Origin: Girardia tigrina
Lineage: Eukaryota
Direction of reading: 5' to 3'
Length of the DNA stretch: 49,036 bases
Assembly (NCBI GenBank): GCA_001938485.1
Contig: MQRK01221720.1
Span: forward strand, 1 to 49,036
A model generated the notes under the pieces. It saw only the letters and a program-made list of their open reading frames with translations. It was not told where the DNA came from and did no database searches. Positions 47,331 through 49,036 of the stretch are shown piece after piece; position 1 is the stretch's first letter; every line of letters begins with the position of its first letter. The position numbers were made by a program, and so were the translations under genes.

Positions 47331-48883
47331 AGTTGATCGAACATGTTGATCAATCCAAGTTTCTGATTTGTTTCCGAATTAAATTATTTGAATCACACTT
47401 GGAGCTATACCGATCATTAATTTCAGCAACGGTTTCGTAAGAATCAATGATGATATTTGAGTTAACTTCGCATAATGCTTCTCCAGCAAATTTAAAATTC
47501 TTGTGTTCTAATTTTTTTTCGATTCTTCGAATTTTTATTCAGATCTATTCACATTTTAAAATGGTTTTAAACGATTGTTTTGCATTTTTGGTTCACTAAA
47601 GTTGATATCTTTAACTTCTAAATTTCGTTTATTTGCAAAAAAACATCCTACTTCACTACTAAATATGGGATGTAGATTTAACATAACTTATTCTGAAAGT
47701 GAATTTTATTGAAAGAATTTTTGTAAGACGAAATGAAATGTAGAACAATAATAAAAAAATAGATTTTTTTATTATGTAACAACCTTTCGCACCTTCTCCC
47801 CCTCGTAACAAAATCACTGACCCCTCTTCCCACCTCAAGCGTTATGCAATAAGTGACCGTTTACTAATAATTGTTACAATCGACCGTTGTAACTGTTGCA
47901 ACAGCTATTTCAATAATATTTATCAACATCATATTGTCCGAAGTACCCTATAACAATTTTCTGCGAGAAAATTTAGTTTTAGAAAACATTTTCAATGGGT
48001 ATTAAGTAAGGCGGAAGAAAAATTAAGAAATGAGTTGTATCAACAAACATGTCGAATACTTGTTGCGTTTTATTAATCGACGTATTTCCCAATACCAATC
48101 ACGCTCCGGTAATGCTATCTTAATTTAATCTTAAAAATCAACCGTGAAATGAAATGAAAATGTTTGAATTATCAAATCACTTTGATATCAATATCTTATA
48201 TATGATTCCATTGTATATTCATTGTAGTTATGAGAGATATATATCATCCTCTTAAATGTCGGAATAATCACTATTTAGCTTTAGTTCGTCGAAGGTTATA
48301 ATTGAAACCGGACTTGCCAGTAAAACTTATCTTTACTCTTGCTTGCGGTGAATTTTGGGAGAAGTTTAATGTATATCATTTTTTGTTGCATTTCAAGGCA
48401 TTATTTACACAAGTAGTACTCAAATTAACATAATCGGTTTCATAAATCTTGTTCTTGATATTTTCTGGAGTTGCGTACCGGAGTTGTTCAACTATGTTTT
48501 CAATTTTCTGCAATATTACTAAAGTTATTTTTATTTTTCCACTGGGTTTTTAATATTACATTATTATATTAAGATCACTAATCAGAATAAAAGCTTTAAA
48601 CTTGAATGTGATAATTCTTGTAATAATCCACCAAATAGTATTTCTGTCATCTGTATGAATATGCAAAAAATAAAAGAAAACATATTGACATTCTGAACTA
48701 AGTTTCCGATGATCAAATTCATATTTATTTTTCTATCGACTACTAAATCCTTTATCAAGAAAAATCTATTTTATTAATTTTTAAAACTTACTTTTTTAAG
48801 GCTGATCACGAATTATATACTTTGATTATCTTATTTAAATCGTAAAATGGGATTAAATATAACTTTATTATTTTTATTTTCAG

Positions 48884-48922
48884 AGAAACTCGAATTGAAT
48901 AATGAAGGAGCCAAAAATGAAG
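48884..48922 (+). CDS. Probable 39-nt internal exon continuing the 43845 gene
   Basis: TTTTATTTTCAG acceptor and AG|GTAAAT donor; phase 1-1 and in frame with the exon ending at 44203. Confidence 0.4.
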
Positions 48923-48995
48923 GTAAATGATAAATACTTAATTTCTAAATAATTAATTATAAATTAATAATATTTCATGAAATATAAATTAAAGA

Positions 48996-48998
<3 letters not shown>

Positions 48999-49036
<38 letters not shown>
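48999..49036. repeat. (AT)n microsatellite at the window end
   Basis: Pure AT run. Confidence 0.95.

Overview
AT-rich eukaryotic (probably invertebrate animal) genomic DNA dominated by nested mobile elements. (1) A host glutamine-synthetase type I-family (GSI/lengsin-like) gene on + can be rebuilt from 7 exons (6814-22256, 443 aa). It has five 44-51-nt introns and one 13.9-kb intron filled with hAT remnants and several LTR retrotransposons. (2) Directly downstream is a 13.5-kb endogenous Maverick/Polinton (adintovirus-type) element starting at an AGTAGTAG terminus (22473). It carries penton, major capsid, adenain protease, PZ-like and pX-like core proteins, a packaging ATPase and the N-terminal part of pPolB, which is truncated at about 36030 with no right end in the window. 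Its integrase carries an N-terminal parvovirus-type phospholipase A2 domain. An identical 23-bp hairpin motif (cUUCGg loop on the minus strand, flanked by A/T tracts) occurs twice in the element. (3) The remainder includes a hAT transposase split by a solo LTR, an RTE-like LINE fragment, an NFKBIL1-like pseudogene, a Penelope GIY-YIG fragment, a Tc1/IS630-like transposase split by a solo LTR, a minisatellite, a 136-bp inverted-repeat pair, a MULE with a 9-bp TSD, and probable first exons of a second host gene. All family assignments come from motif recognition by eye; no database searches were run.
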